A DNA stretch of 64,000 nucleotides. Source: Eledone cirrhosa. Taxonomy: Eukaryota. Each line of letters begins with the position of its first letter. The first letter of the stretch is position 1. A model generated the notes under the pieces. It was not told where the DNA came from, ran no database searches, and saw only the letters and a list, made by a program, of their open reading frames with translations. Shown here piece by piece: positions 13,488-28,483 of this stretch. A program made the position numbers and the translations under genes. Location of the stretch: the NCBI GenBank assembly GCA_964016885.1, contig OZ024748.1:34782001-34846000 (forward strand), read 5' to 3'.

Positions 13488-13925
13488 TAGTAGTAAGGTG
13501 TTAGATGTTGTGATAATGGTTAGCAGCGATGTGTGTCAAATGGCTATTAAGATAAGTGTGTGTGTGTATAGCAGAGTAATTCGTGGTGGCAGGGATGGTC
13601 AGTAAGAATGTGTCTGAAAGCAATGGGGGGTATTTTAGCATGTCAAAAGATATTTTTCAGCTTTTGTCTTATACGGAGAAGTGCGTGTGTGTGTGTGTGT
13701 GTATATATAAGTCTCTTTGTATGTTGATGTACGCGTGTGTATGTGTGTGTGTATTTATGTGTGTGTGTGTGTGTGTGGGTGGACCAGTATTTTTTTCCCC
13801 CTGGTAAAATGGTGTACATTATTCGATTTTTTCAGTAAAATCGGTTCTCTTAATAGAACATCAAAAATCTTAACAATAAAAGGTGTGAAATGATATTCAC
13901 TATATATATATACACATACATACAC

Positions 13926-14029
<104 letters not shown>

Positions 14030-14183
14030 TACATATATATACATATATATATATGTGCACATATATTTTCTTGTGTTGCACCATAGAGCATGTGTGTTTA
14101 CGTATGTCATTGTGTTTATATGTGGGTAGAGATGTGTGCTGATGTAGGTATGTATGTTGACGTGTGTATGTTGTGAGCTCGTC

Positions 14184-16450
14184 TTAGGGAGAAGTGTTTA
14201 GACGGGGTCCGTATTTGTTAATGAAGTAAGATTCCTTGCTGATGCGCTGGGTGTGGGTGGCATTATCTTTCAATTTGTAGAGGGGAAATATTCTGAAGTT
14301 GGGATGATTTTGGGCGGCACAGGTATCAATGTGTTCACTCAGTGGTATTTTCCTGTATTCCCGTATTTTGATTTGGGATCTATGGACAGTCATGCGTTGG
14401 CGGAGGCTGTTTTTGGTCTGGCCTATGTATTGTTCTCGACAACCTGAACAAGTTAATACATATATTAGATTTTCCGATGCACATGTGAAATTGTGTTTTA
14501 CTATAAAACGTTGTCCATCTTTGAAATAGAATTCCGAACCCTCTATTAGGTTGATGCAAATGCCACAGTTGGGTCTATCGCATTTTTTTACTGTGGGTTT
14601 CGTTGTTGTGGTTGGCAGTACTTTGGCATGTGTTAAGATGTTTTTCATTGACTTGGATTGTCTTTTGCTCTTTATGATGTCGTGTGTTCGTAGAATTTGG
14701 TTCATTCTATAGTCCTTTTTCAATACAGGGATGTTCTGGAGGATGGTGTCAAAGGCCTCATTGTTGAGGGGGTTGTGTGTGGAGATGTATGGAAGAGCTT
14801 TTAGTTTTGGTTGATTTACTTTAGGGTGTCTAAGGTCCTGGGTACTGAGTTTTAGGGCACGTTGGATTCCATTGTCAATTAGTGATGCAGGGTAGTCCCT
14901 GCCTATGAGTGTGTCCTTTAGTTCTTGTAGCCGTAAGTAGCAGATGTTTTTATTGGAGACTATAGTACAGATTCTCTTGGCTAAGTTGTAGGGAATATTA
15001 ATTTTAACGTGTCTAGGGTGGCAAGAGTTGAAGGGGAGATATTGCTTGGAGTCTGTGGGCTTGTAGTATATGTCTGTTTCTATTTTTTTGTTATGGATCT
15101 TAATGAGGATGTCGAGGAAGGGGAGTTGTTGATGGCTGTATTCCATCGTGAAGTTAATATTTGTGTTGAGCCCATTTATAAGGGTGTGAAATTCTTTAAG
15201 TTTTTCGATGTTTTCGTGCCAAAGGATGAAGCAGTCATCTAGATATCGCTTCCAGTTCCTTTCAATGTGTAAGTGGAGGGTGTTTCCAAATTTGTTTAGG
15301 ACTTTAGTGTAGAGGGTGATTTCCAGGTATCCCATGACTAGGTTGGCATAAGTGGGGGCTGTTTTCGTTCCCATAGCGGTCCCAGATTCCATAGCGTTCC
15401 CATAGCGGTCCCAGCCTGTAGGGTTTGTTATTGAAAACGAAGTAATTGTTCTCCAAGATAAATTTGAGTCCCTCTATCACGAATTCTTTTTTGATGCGTT
15501 GTGGGAGTTCATTGTGGAAATTATCCAGCCAGAATTGGATAGCTTCTATTCCTAGGTTGTGGGGGATGTTGGAGTATAGGTTGACTACATCGAACGTCAC
15601 TAGTAGGGTTTGTTCAGAAAGTGGCATATTAGGGAGGTGATTGAGCATATCTAGGTCGTCCCTTATATAGCTTTTGATGTGCTTGAGGAAGGGTTTGAGA
15701 AGGGTATCAATGAAGTTGCTAAGACGGTGCGTTTCGCAAGCGGGGCCTGCTATTATAGGTCTTAATTTGAGATCATTGGGTGAGGGGACATTGATGACTA
15801 TGTCTGTGGCTTCCTTGCATGCCTTACTTATTGATTCGCTTTTATGTACTTTAGGGATACCGTAGAAAAGGCTGGATTTACTTGTGAAGTCTGTGATGAA
15901 GCTGAATTCCTTGTTAGTGAGTCCTTCTTTGTATTGGTTGATTAGAGTTTTTAGGTTTCTCATAATTTTCTGTTGATTGTAGTGTTCAGCCTTTTCGTAG
16001 TATGTTTCGTTTTCCAAAGTGGAGAGCGCTAAGTTGATATAGAATTCTGTCTCCATTAGGACTACTGTACTCCCTTTATCAGCCTCTTTAATTGTAATGG
16101 TTCTGTCGGTTTTTAATCTATTTAATTCTTCCCATTCTTTCTTGTTGAGGTTTGGCTTGTGCTTTTGTCTGTGCAAGTGTTGGTAAGGGAAGTTTGTGAT
16201 GTGTTCACAGAATTCGTCCAGGATTTTATTTTTACCTTTTGAAGGGGTGTAATTGCTTCTATTTCTGGCTAATGATTCATCCTCATTGTACTGGTCGAAT
16301 AGTTGTTCACTAAGTCGTAACTTTCTACAGAAGTCTTCATTTCATAGTAGTTAGGACGTAGTGGGGTCGGTGTGAATTTAAGACCTTTGGAGAGTAAGTT
16401 GATAAGGTTGGGTGTTGGTTCTGCACTAGTAAGATTGATCATTTTTATTA
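14184..16450 (-). pseudogene. PLE RT-GIY-YIG ORF, frameshifted by a local duplication at ~15370-15415
   Basis: ADKG, FYGIPKVHK, RPII, FDVVNLY, GTAMG, RYLDD, FLD, CDRPNCGIC linker, IYVLTC..C..QYIGQT. Confidence 0.92.
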
Positions 16451-16661
16451 CTATCGGTTTCTCCTCCCCTTCTTGTGTTATTTTGTTTGCCTGTATCTGT
16501 GTGCTGTGTCTAAAAAATGGTTGGGGTAGAGGGGTTGTCTGCTGATGTTAAGTGGTCTCCTTTGTTTGTTATATTCCTTGTTGTTGTAACATAAAAACAG
16601 GTAGAATTCCCAAAACTAATCAGATCAGAGCAAACAGCACGGACACTCTATCTCAAAATTA

Positions 16662-16697
16662 TTTTTGAAAAGCATTTAGAAATGCGCAACCGGTAAA
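16662..16697 (+). ncRNA. Variant hammerhead in the pLTR (UUGAAAA core; GAAAC>GCAAC)
   Basis: UUU-UUGAAAA-GCAUUU AG AAAUGC-GCAAC-CG-GUA/AAA; mirror copy near 13102-13137. Confidence 0.6.
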
Positions 16698-16894
16698 AAC
16701 TTAAAAACTTAAAACCACAACTGAATACTAACCCATACAATCACTAATACTCTTTTATTCCTAATTAAACCATTTTTCAACTGTGAACAATTTGTCAGCA
16801 TTTTCTATTCCGTTTACCAATATATATATATATATATATATATATTATTCAAAATATTAACAAATGAAGATATTCACATAATCAAAATATATGC

Positions 16895-16953
16895 TTTATT
16901 ATATATATTTCGAAGGTACTGTGTTTTTTTTCGGTACGTCCTCGTCAGATAAA
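16895..16953 (-). ncRNA. Hammerhead ribozyme at the PLE 3' end
   Basis: UUUAU-CUGACGA-stem II(GUAC...GUAC)-GAAAU-AUAU-AUA/AUAAA. Confidence 0.7.
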
Positions 16954-17997
16954 ATATATGATTTGATATATGACATACCTCTACGGTCTTGATATTTCAA
17001 TTCCAGTATTGGCAGTGATTTATTTCATCAAATCTCAACATTTATATACCACAAATAATAATATGATAAACTTAAAGAGGAAAAGGACGTGGAGCGAATA
17101 AGAGATATAAGAGAGTGTGTAAAGAAGGGGATATGCAAAAAAAAATATAAGAGAAAAAATAAAAAAATACATATATCAATGAATATATAGATGGGTGAAA
17201 AAGATGAAGAAATATATATAAACAAGAAGAAAAAGAAGAAAGAAAGAAGAAATAACGATAAAAGAGTAGAAAAAAACCGTTGTTTTCAAATATTAGGTCA
17301 ATTGAGGCAACCAATCAGTTACCATAGACCATTGAATATCTCTAGTATTTAGTTATGGTTAAGCTAATTATACTAATATAATATATCAAAATTAATCAAT
17401 ATGCATTACTTTTCATAGCCTTCACATATTTATTTAATTAAAAATTTATATAATTTAATTTAACTCATAGATTTTAACCTCTGGTTTAGGTAATAAGTAT
17501 TTTGTTACAATTTTTAAAAATTTATTTTTTAAGCATATTTGAATAATTATTAAACCTGTATTAAAATATATATTAAAATACATGTATATAACACCTTTAT
17601 AAAATCTTTCAAATCTTTAATTATCATATAATTACATGATTAAATTTTAGTTATATTTACTCTCAAAAGTTTTATTTCGTTAATTTATATTTACTTCAGT
17701 AATTACAAATTATTAGTTTCCTTTTAAAGAAATTCTTATATTATTCAACTATATAATTTATGTCAAAAATTAAAATAGCAAGCTATTCAAACAGAATAAA
17801 AACACAAAGAATGTAAACAAAAGGAAGATAACTCATTCACCATATTTGAGCATTAAACAATATATCTACTCTGAAATCAAGTGATATTTCTAAACCATAA
17901 ATCAACAATTTTCAAGTTAAATATTGAACTGTCCTGATCAAAAACTTAGGATACAGAGACTCATAATGAAATTATTATAATAGATAAAACATCAATA

Positions 17998-18102
17998 CCG
18001 CCGAGGTTAACTTTGCCTTTCATCCTTACGGGGTCGATAAAATAAAGTACCAGTAATGCACTAGGTATTTGCTGGCCTTGTGCCAAACGTAGAAACAATT
18101 AT
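17998..18102 (+). mobile_element. SINE 3' fragment inside the PLE 3' UTR
   Basis: ccgccgaggttaactttgcctttcatccttacggggtcgataaaataaagtaccagt, essentially identical to the units at 25769-26218. Confidence 0.85.
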
Positions 18103-19021
18103 TACTCCGGTAAGGCAAAAATTATAAATATAAATATATTTATAAAATTTATTATAAAAATTATTAATTGTCAATATTCTTTCGAAACTTCTATAATGCT
18201 TGGAATGTCTTACCAGCTCTATGTTGGAAGCTGCTAAATAATTGTTTCTTCTTATTAATTAAATTGTCATAATTTGTAACTATCAATAGAATCTCAAGAT
18301 TGCAAAGATTGCAATTTGGCGAAATGGATAGGAATTGGCATTTTTTAGCCGTGTCTAAGAGATGGAGTATTTAATATTTTTGTCCTTCAAAGACCATATT
18401 AATTGTGAGAGTGAAGTTGAAGATTTTTTGTCTGGTTTCGAAAAGGAATTTTTGTGATTGTACCAACGAAGTTTAAACTCAGATGAAGTCGCACCAATGT
18501 AGTTGTATATATTATTATTTGTCTTAATGGTGCATTTATATACTAGATTCTTGTCAAGGCAGTTTTTTGTAAGGGACATTCTGACTTCCTTCTACAGTTA
18601 CATTTCTTCTCGATGTTATTTCTATACCCTAAACTATTCATATTATTATTATTATCTAAAGGTGTTCTACTATTATTCGTATTTAAGTTATTATTATTGT
18701 TATTCCCATTAAGTAATGTATTATCATTATTATTGTTATTATCACTATTTATATTTTGGTTCAAATTAAGATTTTTACTATTTATTTTTGCTATATTTTG
18801 AGCAATATTCATAGTTGTTGAATAAGAGAGTTTAACTGTGGGCCTATTGAAGATAGAGTAATATTTATGTGATCTAGGGAAACATTTATCCAAGGCTTTA
18901 AAAAATAAGTCTGCTAAAGGTGTTTTAATAGCTAAAGATGCTGGCGGAGCATACCAGATTATAGATCTAGTTCTTATTTTTTTCCCCGATTTATTCCTCA
19001 AGTTGTTGTTTTTATTGTCAA

Positions 19022-19069
<48 letters not shown>

Positions 19070-20013
19070 GAATACTGTGTTCAGTATTTTTTTCTATATA
19101 CTCAATATACTCAATATATATACTTTCTATATACTCAATATTATTTTTATAACCAGCTTTACGTAAAGCATCATTATAATATACGGCTTTACTATTAAAT
19201 ATGGATCTATTAGCTGATAGTCTGGATATTCGTTGTTGTACACTATTGCACTCTTAACACTTTTAGGATGATTAGAATAAAAATTAACATAATTTAAGTT
19301 CTCATTGAGTTTATGGAAAGGGTAATGAAGGCCTGAGTTCAAATTAAGAGTTACGTCTAAAAAATTCACTATTTTATTGTTATTTTCTACTTCTAATTTC
19401 ACGTCATAATTTTTTAAAAATTCTATAATTACTTTCTTTATTCTATTTAATTCACTATTATTATGTTTTTCTACAATAAATAATATGTCGTCTCTATATA
19501 ATCCACCGGTAATCTCCGGCAGTTTTCTATTTATCATGTTAAGGATGAAAATGCCCACAAGATCGGTAACTTGCGCCGAATCAGACGAGCCCATAGTAAT
19601 GTCAAAGTTCTTCTGTCTATCAGATCTAGTCCAAAGATCATTATTAAATTCTATCAATGTTCACCTTGTAGTTAAAATAATATTTATCTCATCACTAGAT
19701 AGATCTGTGTGCTTATATGCATATGATAGCGCCTTATTTAGTAGGTTAGGAGTTATTGAGGAATAATAACTCGCAATGTCCATTTGAATGAACTTCTGAT
19801 TTTTTTTATTTTCTATATTATTGAACCAATCTATGACTTCATTAGTGTCCTTCCATAGGTTTAGCCTTGACCTAAATTGCGTTGGTAAAATCCTATCTAT
19901 AATGTTTTTACTAATCTGATTTCGAAGGTGCAATAAGTCTAACAGGTAATTCTTCTTCAAAATTACTTTTATGATCTTTAAAATTTATCCGTGGTTAAAT
20001 ATATATATATACG

Positions 20014-20144
<131 letters not shown>

Positions 20145-20209
20145 TCTCTCTCTTACAAAATACTAATTACTATGAAAGAGTAAAAAAAAACTACCAGCAA
20201 TCATAAATA

Positions 20210-21958
20210 ATGACCAAATTAAACACACTGATTTATCGATACCAGGAAGACCTAACTAAAAAGGAACGCGATTATTTAACAAATTTTGAATACAAAACCA
20301 GCAACCTTTACGGACTTCCGAAGATCCACAAGTGTAAAATAATCAACGATGCCTGTAAACAATCCACCTCAGCCTGCGTGAACACACAATACCCCACAGA
20401 CCTTAAAATAAGACCAATTGTAGCGGGCCCACAATGTGAAACACACAGATTGAGCAACTTTATAGACATACTACTGAAACCAATACTGAAACACATACCA
20501 AGCCTTGTAAGAGACGATCTGGACCTCTTAAACCACCTCCCCAAACATGTCAACAACGACACTATTATTGTGTCTTTCGATGTAGTGAATCTCTACATAA
20601 CGATCCCACACCAATACGGACTAGAAGCAATAGGATTCTGGCTAGAGAAATATCCCAATGAGATACCTGACAGAATAGAAAAAAGCTTCATCACCGAGGG
20701 ATTAAAATTCATCCTACAGAACAACTTTTTTGATTTCGATGGCAATACTTACAAGCAAATATCGGGGACTGCGATGGGTACAAAAGCCGCTCCAACTTAT
20801 GCCAACTTAGCCATGGCATACTTAGAAGTCCAGATATATGAACAGTCCAAATCAAAATACGGATTGAACTTCCACAAATATTTATCAGAGAATTGGAAAC
20901 GCTACTTGGATGATTGCCTCATTCTTTGGTCCCACACACTCGACCAACTGAAGGATTTCAAAAACTTAATAAACGGCATCAATAACCACATCCAATTCAC
21001 AATGGAATACAACCAAGATCAACTCCCATTTCTGGACATCTTAATCTTAAAAAAAGACACAAATATCGAAACTGACATACACTACAAACCAACAGATTCC
21101 AAACAATATCTGCTATTCACCTCCAACCATCCAAAGCACACGAAGACGAACATTCCTTTTAACCTAGCAAGAAGAATTTGCACAATTGTCTCCAATTATG
21201 AAACGCGAAATAAAAGACTTCAAGAATTAAAGGAAATTCTACTCGAGAGAGAGTACCCACTATTACTAATAAATAATGGAATAGAAAGGGCTAAAGCAAT
21301 AGGCATTGATGAATTACGGAAACAGAAACAAATTCAAGGTACGTCCAATATTCTATCATATATCTCAACACACAACCCAAGAAATGCGGAAGCTTACAAC
21401 ACTATTCACAATAACATCCCACTACTAAAACAAAACCCAAGAATGAAAAAAGCCCTTGAAACACACAAAATAATCAAAAGCAAAAGACAACCAAAATCAC
21501 TGAAAACATTACTCACCAATGCCAAATTACCTACCACAAACCCACAACCAAGTATCAAAAAATGTGGTCGCTCTAATTGTGGAACCTGCACTCACCTCAT
21601 TGAAGGCAACACGTATACATTTAAATCAGGACAAAATTTTACTGTAAAAAATCACTTCACTTGCTCATCAAAAAATCTAATTTATGCCATTAAATGTAAA
21701 GGATGCAATGAAGATTATATAGGACAAACTAAACTCACACTCAGAAACAGAATGACAGTTCATCGCCAACAATTACGAGATCCAACCACGAGACAGATAC
21801 CACTAAGTGCACATCTAGACATTTGCGCAAGTAATAAGACACCTAAATTCCAAGTCTTCCCATTTTACCTTTGCGCTAACAATACAACAGAACAAATGCG
21901 AATAAATAAGGAAAATATGTTTATTCAAAAATATAGACCAACATTAAATAAGGTTTAA
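20210..21958 (+). CDS. PLE reverse transcriptase plus GIY-YIG endonuclease (582 aa, N-truncated)
   Basis: LYGLPKIHK, RPIV, FDVVNLY, GTAMG, RYLDD, FLD, CGRSNCGTC, IYAIKC..C..YIGQT. Confidence 0.94.
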   Translation: MTKLNTLIYRYQEDLTKKERDYLTNFEYKTSNLYGLPKIHKCKIINDACKQSTSACVNTQYPTDLKIRPIVAGPQCETHRLSNFIDILLKPILKHIPSLVRDDLDLLNHLPKHVNNDTIIVSFDVVNLYITIPHQYGLEAIGFWLEKYPNEIPDRIEKSFITEGLKFILQNNFFDFDGNTYKQISGTAMGTKAAPTYANLAMAYLEVQIYEQSKSKYGLNFHKYLSENWKRYLDDCLILWSHTLDQLKDFKNLINGINNHIQFTMEYNQDQLPFLDILILKKDTNIETDIHYKPTDSKQYLLFTSNHPKHTKTNIPFNLARRICTIVSNYETRNKRLQELKEILLEREYPLLLINNGIERAKAIGIDELRKQKQIQGTSNILSYISTHNPRNAEAYNTIHNNIPLLKQNPRMKKALETHKIIKSKRQPKSLKTLLTNAKLPTTNPQPSIKKCGRSNCGTCTHLIEGNTYTFKSGQNFTVKNHFTCSSKNLIYAIKCKGCNEDYIGQTKLTLRNRMTVHRQQLRDPTTRQIPLSAHLDICASNKTPKFQVFPFYLCANNTTEQMRINKENMFIQKYRPTLNKV

Positions 21959-22428
21959 TATACATTATGTCAACACCATAATATGACATACACACACACA
22001 CATAACACCTTCTACTTTAGAAAATAAAAACCCGAACTAAATAAACCTTAACATACGTTTGCACTGACAATACAACAGCAAACACGAATAAGGAAAATAT
22101 GTTTATTCAAAAATATTCCTACTAAAGGAATCACTTTCCTACACACACACACACACACAATATATATATATATATATTCTCTTCATCTTAACATGCTAAC
22201 CATACTCCCACACACATAACACCCATACACACACATAACAACCCCACACCTACAACTCCCTCCCCATTTCTACTAATAGAACCACTTTCCTACACACATA
22301 TATATATACACACACACAAAATATATATTCTCTCCATCTTAACATACTCGCACACACACACATAACACCCATATACACACACACACAACTCCCTCCCACA
22401 TCTCTACTAATAGAATCATCTTCCAATA

Positions 22429-22461
<33 letters not shown>

Positions 22462-22976
22462 GCACACAAATAAACATACATATCTTCACTTCAATAGAAA
22501 ATCTGAACTCTGACACCCCAGCGAACTAACCATATTCACTGAACCAGAACAATTCTTCCAATCCCTTTTCTCTTGACCACTAACTTTCCATTGTCATAAC
22601 ATTCACTATAAAGACTACAGAATAGTTTTCCAAATAAGGGCGCAAAAATGTAATGAAAACTTGTTCACGTGACAGCCAAATTTCATTTATAACCAACCCA
22701 AAAAAAGCCTTCGCGAGCCTCCTTTTTTCAAGTAAAAAGAAATTCAAACACTCATATATGAAAAAACAACCTGTGACAACCCCCCTCCCCCCCCCCCTCT
22801 TATTTGAAGAACTATTTTAACGCGAACTGGCGTGAAATTTATTATAATTATTGACAAACCAATCAAATTACTTCTCGAAAAACCTGGCATTTCGAGCCAC
22901 TTTTTCCATATAAAACAAGTAACATTCAGAGACCAACCAGATGTGAGAAAAACCACAGACCCTCCATCTCAACTGA

Positions 22977-23014
22977 CCTTTTGAAAAGCAGAAGAACTGC
23001 GAAACCGGTAAAGG
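22977..23014 (+). ncRNA. Minimal hammerhead with U3-A8 covariant core
   Basis: CCUU-UUGAAAA-GCAG AAGAA CUGC-GAAAC-CG-GUA/AAGG; palindromic ACCGGU stem III. Confidence 0.8.
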
Positions 23015-23145
23015 AACCAAATAAATATATATATTTTTAAAAAAAATAAGACTCCAGTTGCATTTTCGATTTCATCTCTTTTTCTTTATACTTTCACTCG
23101 TGTAGGACACCTCGGTTATTTTTCATTTTGTAAAAAAAACCTCAC

Positions 23146-23176
<31 letters not shown>

Positions 23177-23869
23177 GGATAACAAGGTATCGTTTAAGGT
23201 AACCCAGCTAGAGGTTGTGAGTACTCTGTGTTGAGGATAGTTTTAACGTACGGCGTTGCTTGACTCGACTGTAATTAAGGTCGAGTGACGTAACTTCTAA
23301 CGATCAGCGGCTTTTAGACTCAGCTGATTAAAGAAACAATTGTTAATACTCTAAATAAACCCTTTTGTACAGCCATGTTATTCTTCATTCTTTTACTATA
23401 TATACATACATGCATACATATATATATATATAATAAAGAGTTGACGGGCCCAGCATATTTATCAATGCCCAGCATATTTATCAATGCCAGGACCGGTTGT
23501 ATCTCAGCGTACTCAATAGGCAATGTAAGATACATTCCCAGAGTATACACATAGTTATTCGCTTCAATGCAACACACGTAAAACGGGTGCCTATAATAGT
23601 TCCCGGACTCGAGTTTCGGCCACACTCAGTGCAGCAGCAGGGTGCACTGCACCATCAGTCTGCATATATTATGGAACAATGCATAATCGGCGCATGTGGC
23701 TTTATCAGCGGGTATCGCCTAATCAATAACCAATCGATCGACAGAATCCAAACCCCAGCACATGCCGGCTATGACTGTTTATGACAGCCGTCACAGAAAA
23801 GTGATTAGCAACTGGAATCCGATATCCGGAGGATATAGCAGTGGTTACTAATGATGTACTCCTACCTTA

Positions 23870-24970
<1,101 letters not shown>

Positions 24971-25719
24971 GTTATACACCATTTCCCTTTTCTTTATTCT
25001 CTAATATCTTTAAACATTTTCAATCTTGTTTGGCTTTATTGGATTTTAACGGACATCTTGCTTCAGTAGTTGTTGTTGTTTGTATTGTTGTTGTTGTTGT
25101 TGGTATTGTCGTTGTTGTTGGTATTGTCGTTGTTGTTGGTATTGTCGTTGTTGTTGGTATTGTCGTTGTTGTTGGTATTGTTGTTGTTGTTGGCATTGTT
25201 GTTGTTGTTGGTATTGTTGTTGTTTCAACGGACATCTAAGTTCAGTTATTGTTGTTATTGTTGGTTTTCTATCTTTGAAATGGACATCATGGCTCTATCA
25301 ATCTTAGTGTCGTTCTTTGTCACTTCCTGCTCCCCCGTCCTCCCCTTCCTCCCCTCCCTTTCCTCCTTGTTTAGACCCAACTGACCAATGTCCAAATATA
25401 TTCCAGCCACTGACCATTCCGTCTTTTTCTCAACATCTAAAAACACGTTACTATTGTGTAGATAAGACGGTAATTAGATAATGAGATAAGACCGCTGGGG
25501 TAGATTTGTAAGAGGTTTATTAATTTCCTCTTTTAAGACTGAGTGTGCGGAGATATTTGGTTGTTGTTTCTAGCAGGTCAAACAACGGTATTGAGAGATT
25601 CTACCATAAGCACGTGGAACCGTAATTTGATTACTTTTTTTATAGCATTATCTATAATTCCAGCGCCATGGAAAGGGAGGGGAGGAAGGGGAGAACGGGG
25701 GGAGCAGGAACTGACAAAG

Positions 25720-26218
25720 ATATGGCGGTGGATTGGCAGTATCGGTAGAGGGTCGGACGCCATGCTTTCCAGCATAGTTACGTCCCTTTACGATCTGAGT
25801 TCAAATCCCGCCGAGGTTGACTTTGCCTTTCATCCTTACGGGGTCGATAAAATAAAGTACCAGTAATGCACTGGGTAATTGCTGGCCTTGTGCCTAAAGT
25901 AGAAACAATTATCTATGATTCCAGCATAGTTACGCCCCTTTACGGTCTGAGTGCAAATCCCGCCGAGGTTAACTTTGCCTTTCATCCCTACGGGGTCGAT
26001 AAAATAAAGTACCAGTAATGCACTGGGCAATTGTTGGTCTTGTGCCTAAAGTAGAAACAATTATCTATGATTCCAGCATAGTTACGCCCCTTTACGGTCT
26101 GAGTTCAAATCCCGCCGAGGTTAACTTTGCCTTTCATCCTTACGGAGTCGAAAAAATAAAATACCAGTAACGTACTGGGTAATTGCTGGCCTTGTGCCAA
26201 AATTAGAAACAATTATAT
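25720..26218 (+). mobile_element. tRNA-type SINE with its body repeated three times in tandem (period 152 bp)
   Basis: A-box-like TGGCAGTATCGG, B-box GAGTTCAAATCC; units start at ~25769, 25921 and 26073. Confidence 0.85.
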
Positions 26219-28367
26219 ATGATAACTGAAACAAAATAGTTTCAGCCGGTTGAAACCGGATTGTGAAACCAGGCAGTTCCAGAAAAGCATAATTGTTGAA
26301 TCCTGCTTTTTTCAGACCATCTCCTCCACAGAAATATACCAAACATACATGATCTACCAAAAGTATTTGGTCGTCTGCCAAAAATATATGATCATCTGTT
26401 AAAAATATATATTACCTTCTGCAAAAAATAAACGTGGATCAGTATGGTGACCAGTATGGACTAAATGCGTTGAAGTAATTTGTTTCACCCATTACTTTCA
26501 GAGATCAAATACGGCTGTTGTAGTCAGCTTTGATCCTACGATTATCATAATCTAAGTACCAGTAATATATTGTGGTGATGACGATCCGATCTACTTGTCA
26601 GTGACAGAAGTGAGCTATGTAAAAAAAAAAAAAAATTTTTTAATAACAGGATAGTTTTTATGATGCAACATAAAATATGCGGTCAGGAGTGTTTGAGGAA
26701 AGCCTCAACAATGTTAGAAATGCAAGAGTGAACGATATAGTGGAGTAAAGCGAAACATTTTACATTTTGACTTTATATTTCATATTTCGGGGTTAGATAC
26801 ATTTTTCAAAAGAACATTTAAAAACAAAAAAAAACATTCTTATGGGCAAATAATAATACACATGATGATGACAACGATGAAGATGATCATGTTCATCATC
26901 ATCATCATCATTATCATCATCATTATTATCAGCCTCACCACCATAAACATCATTATCATCGTAATCATCATAGAGTTATTGAATATAGTCACGATGATGA
27001 TAATGATTTCATTGGTGTTGATGATGAAAACAATGACGACTCTCGCGATGACGGCGATGATGGGGATGATGATGATGGTGATGATGATGATGATGATGGC
27101 CGTGATGATGATGATGACGGTATTGATTTCACTTGAAATGTCTATTTTGGATCAGAGAAAAATGTTTCGTTTAGGCATTTTTTTACTTTTCTGGTGTTTT
27201 TTATTATTATTTTCTGGTGTTTTTACGAGTAAAAACTTCTTTCTGTAGACATTGAAGGTTGAACATGGAAAACTCATTATGGAGAATGATGAAAGAGAAT
27301 TGAGAGTAGAGAGGGGGAACAAGCGTGGGTGGGAATGAGTAAAAACAGGGGGGGGGTATATGTCCAGGGTGAAGTGAAGAGAGAAGTGAGAGAGTGAGAG
27401 AGAGATAGGTAGATAGATAGATGGATAGAGAGAGAGGAGGGACAATAACATAGGGTAGTGATTAAAAAGTAGAGACGAGAAAAGTGAGACCAACAGAGTG
27501 AGGGAGAGAGAGGGAAAGAATTTTGGATAGCGAGAGACTATAAGAGAAGAGAGGGGGATAGATGGTAGAGGAGGAGGAGGGATATGAGAGAAGTGTGAGG
27601 TGAGGGAATCGAGATGAAGGAGGACAGGAGAGATGTGAGGAAGGAAAGAGGAGAGGCGAGAGAGTTGACTGAAGAAGAGAATATTTCATATTTCAAGAGA
27701 AAAGAGTGACATGATAAATATGAGCCATCTTCAACTCTGACAAATTGATCTCCATGTACGTTTTATATACACCGGAAACGTCAGCATCATCACTTCCGGT
27801 TCATTCGTTTACCTATTTCTTTTTCTTTGATTCTTTTCCTTCTATTCTCTTATTGTTACTTTTGTTTTGCGGGGACAAAATTATCGAAAGTTTAGGTAGG
27901 ATGTTGTTGTGTTTAGTACTTCATATACTCAACAATTGTCCCGCCTAAATCCACTCTATACACTCCCCCAACACCACCTTTCATTATTCTGTCACTTACC
28001 AAGACCAGGAAACCTTGACATGGTCTCTAAATCTATTAGAAATAGCAGTCAATTTCTCCTCAAATTACACTCTCTATCCTTTATTACTGTCACTTCCTAA
28101 ACAACATGTCGGTCTCGATCTACGAGAAATAAGGACAAGGAAGGTAAAGGAAACGATTGTCAGATCGGACCGAGGAAACAATATTTCCACTGGTTCTTTC
28201 TATTGCTGTAGGTCATCCATAAACAGAAGATGCTTTATCAATGGTCCCTTCTTTCCACATTGGTAACCCATTTTAACTTTCCTACGTGTCAGTGTTATAG
28301 GTACAATGACAAATAGTTATGGTGAAAATTAGTCCTCTTGGAAGATACCACTTTTAATATCTACTTT

Positions 28368-28483
<116 letters not shown>

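Larger units (their letters stand above)
16850..19970 (-). mobile_element. Penelope-like element, Nematis-type, degraded and 5'-truncated
   Basis: Frameshifted pieces FIQMDIASYYSSI, MGS.D, GLYRDD, VNFLDVTLNL, IIWY.PP, CNCRRKSECPL, VYKC...YIGAT; SINE insertion at 17998-18102. Confidence 0.9.
20180..23152 (+). mobile_element. Penelope-like element, Neptune-type, 5'-truncated with a long 3' UTR/pLTR
   Basis: Uninterrupted ORF, hammerhead near the 3' end, (TA)n on both sides. Confidence 0.93.
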
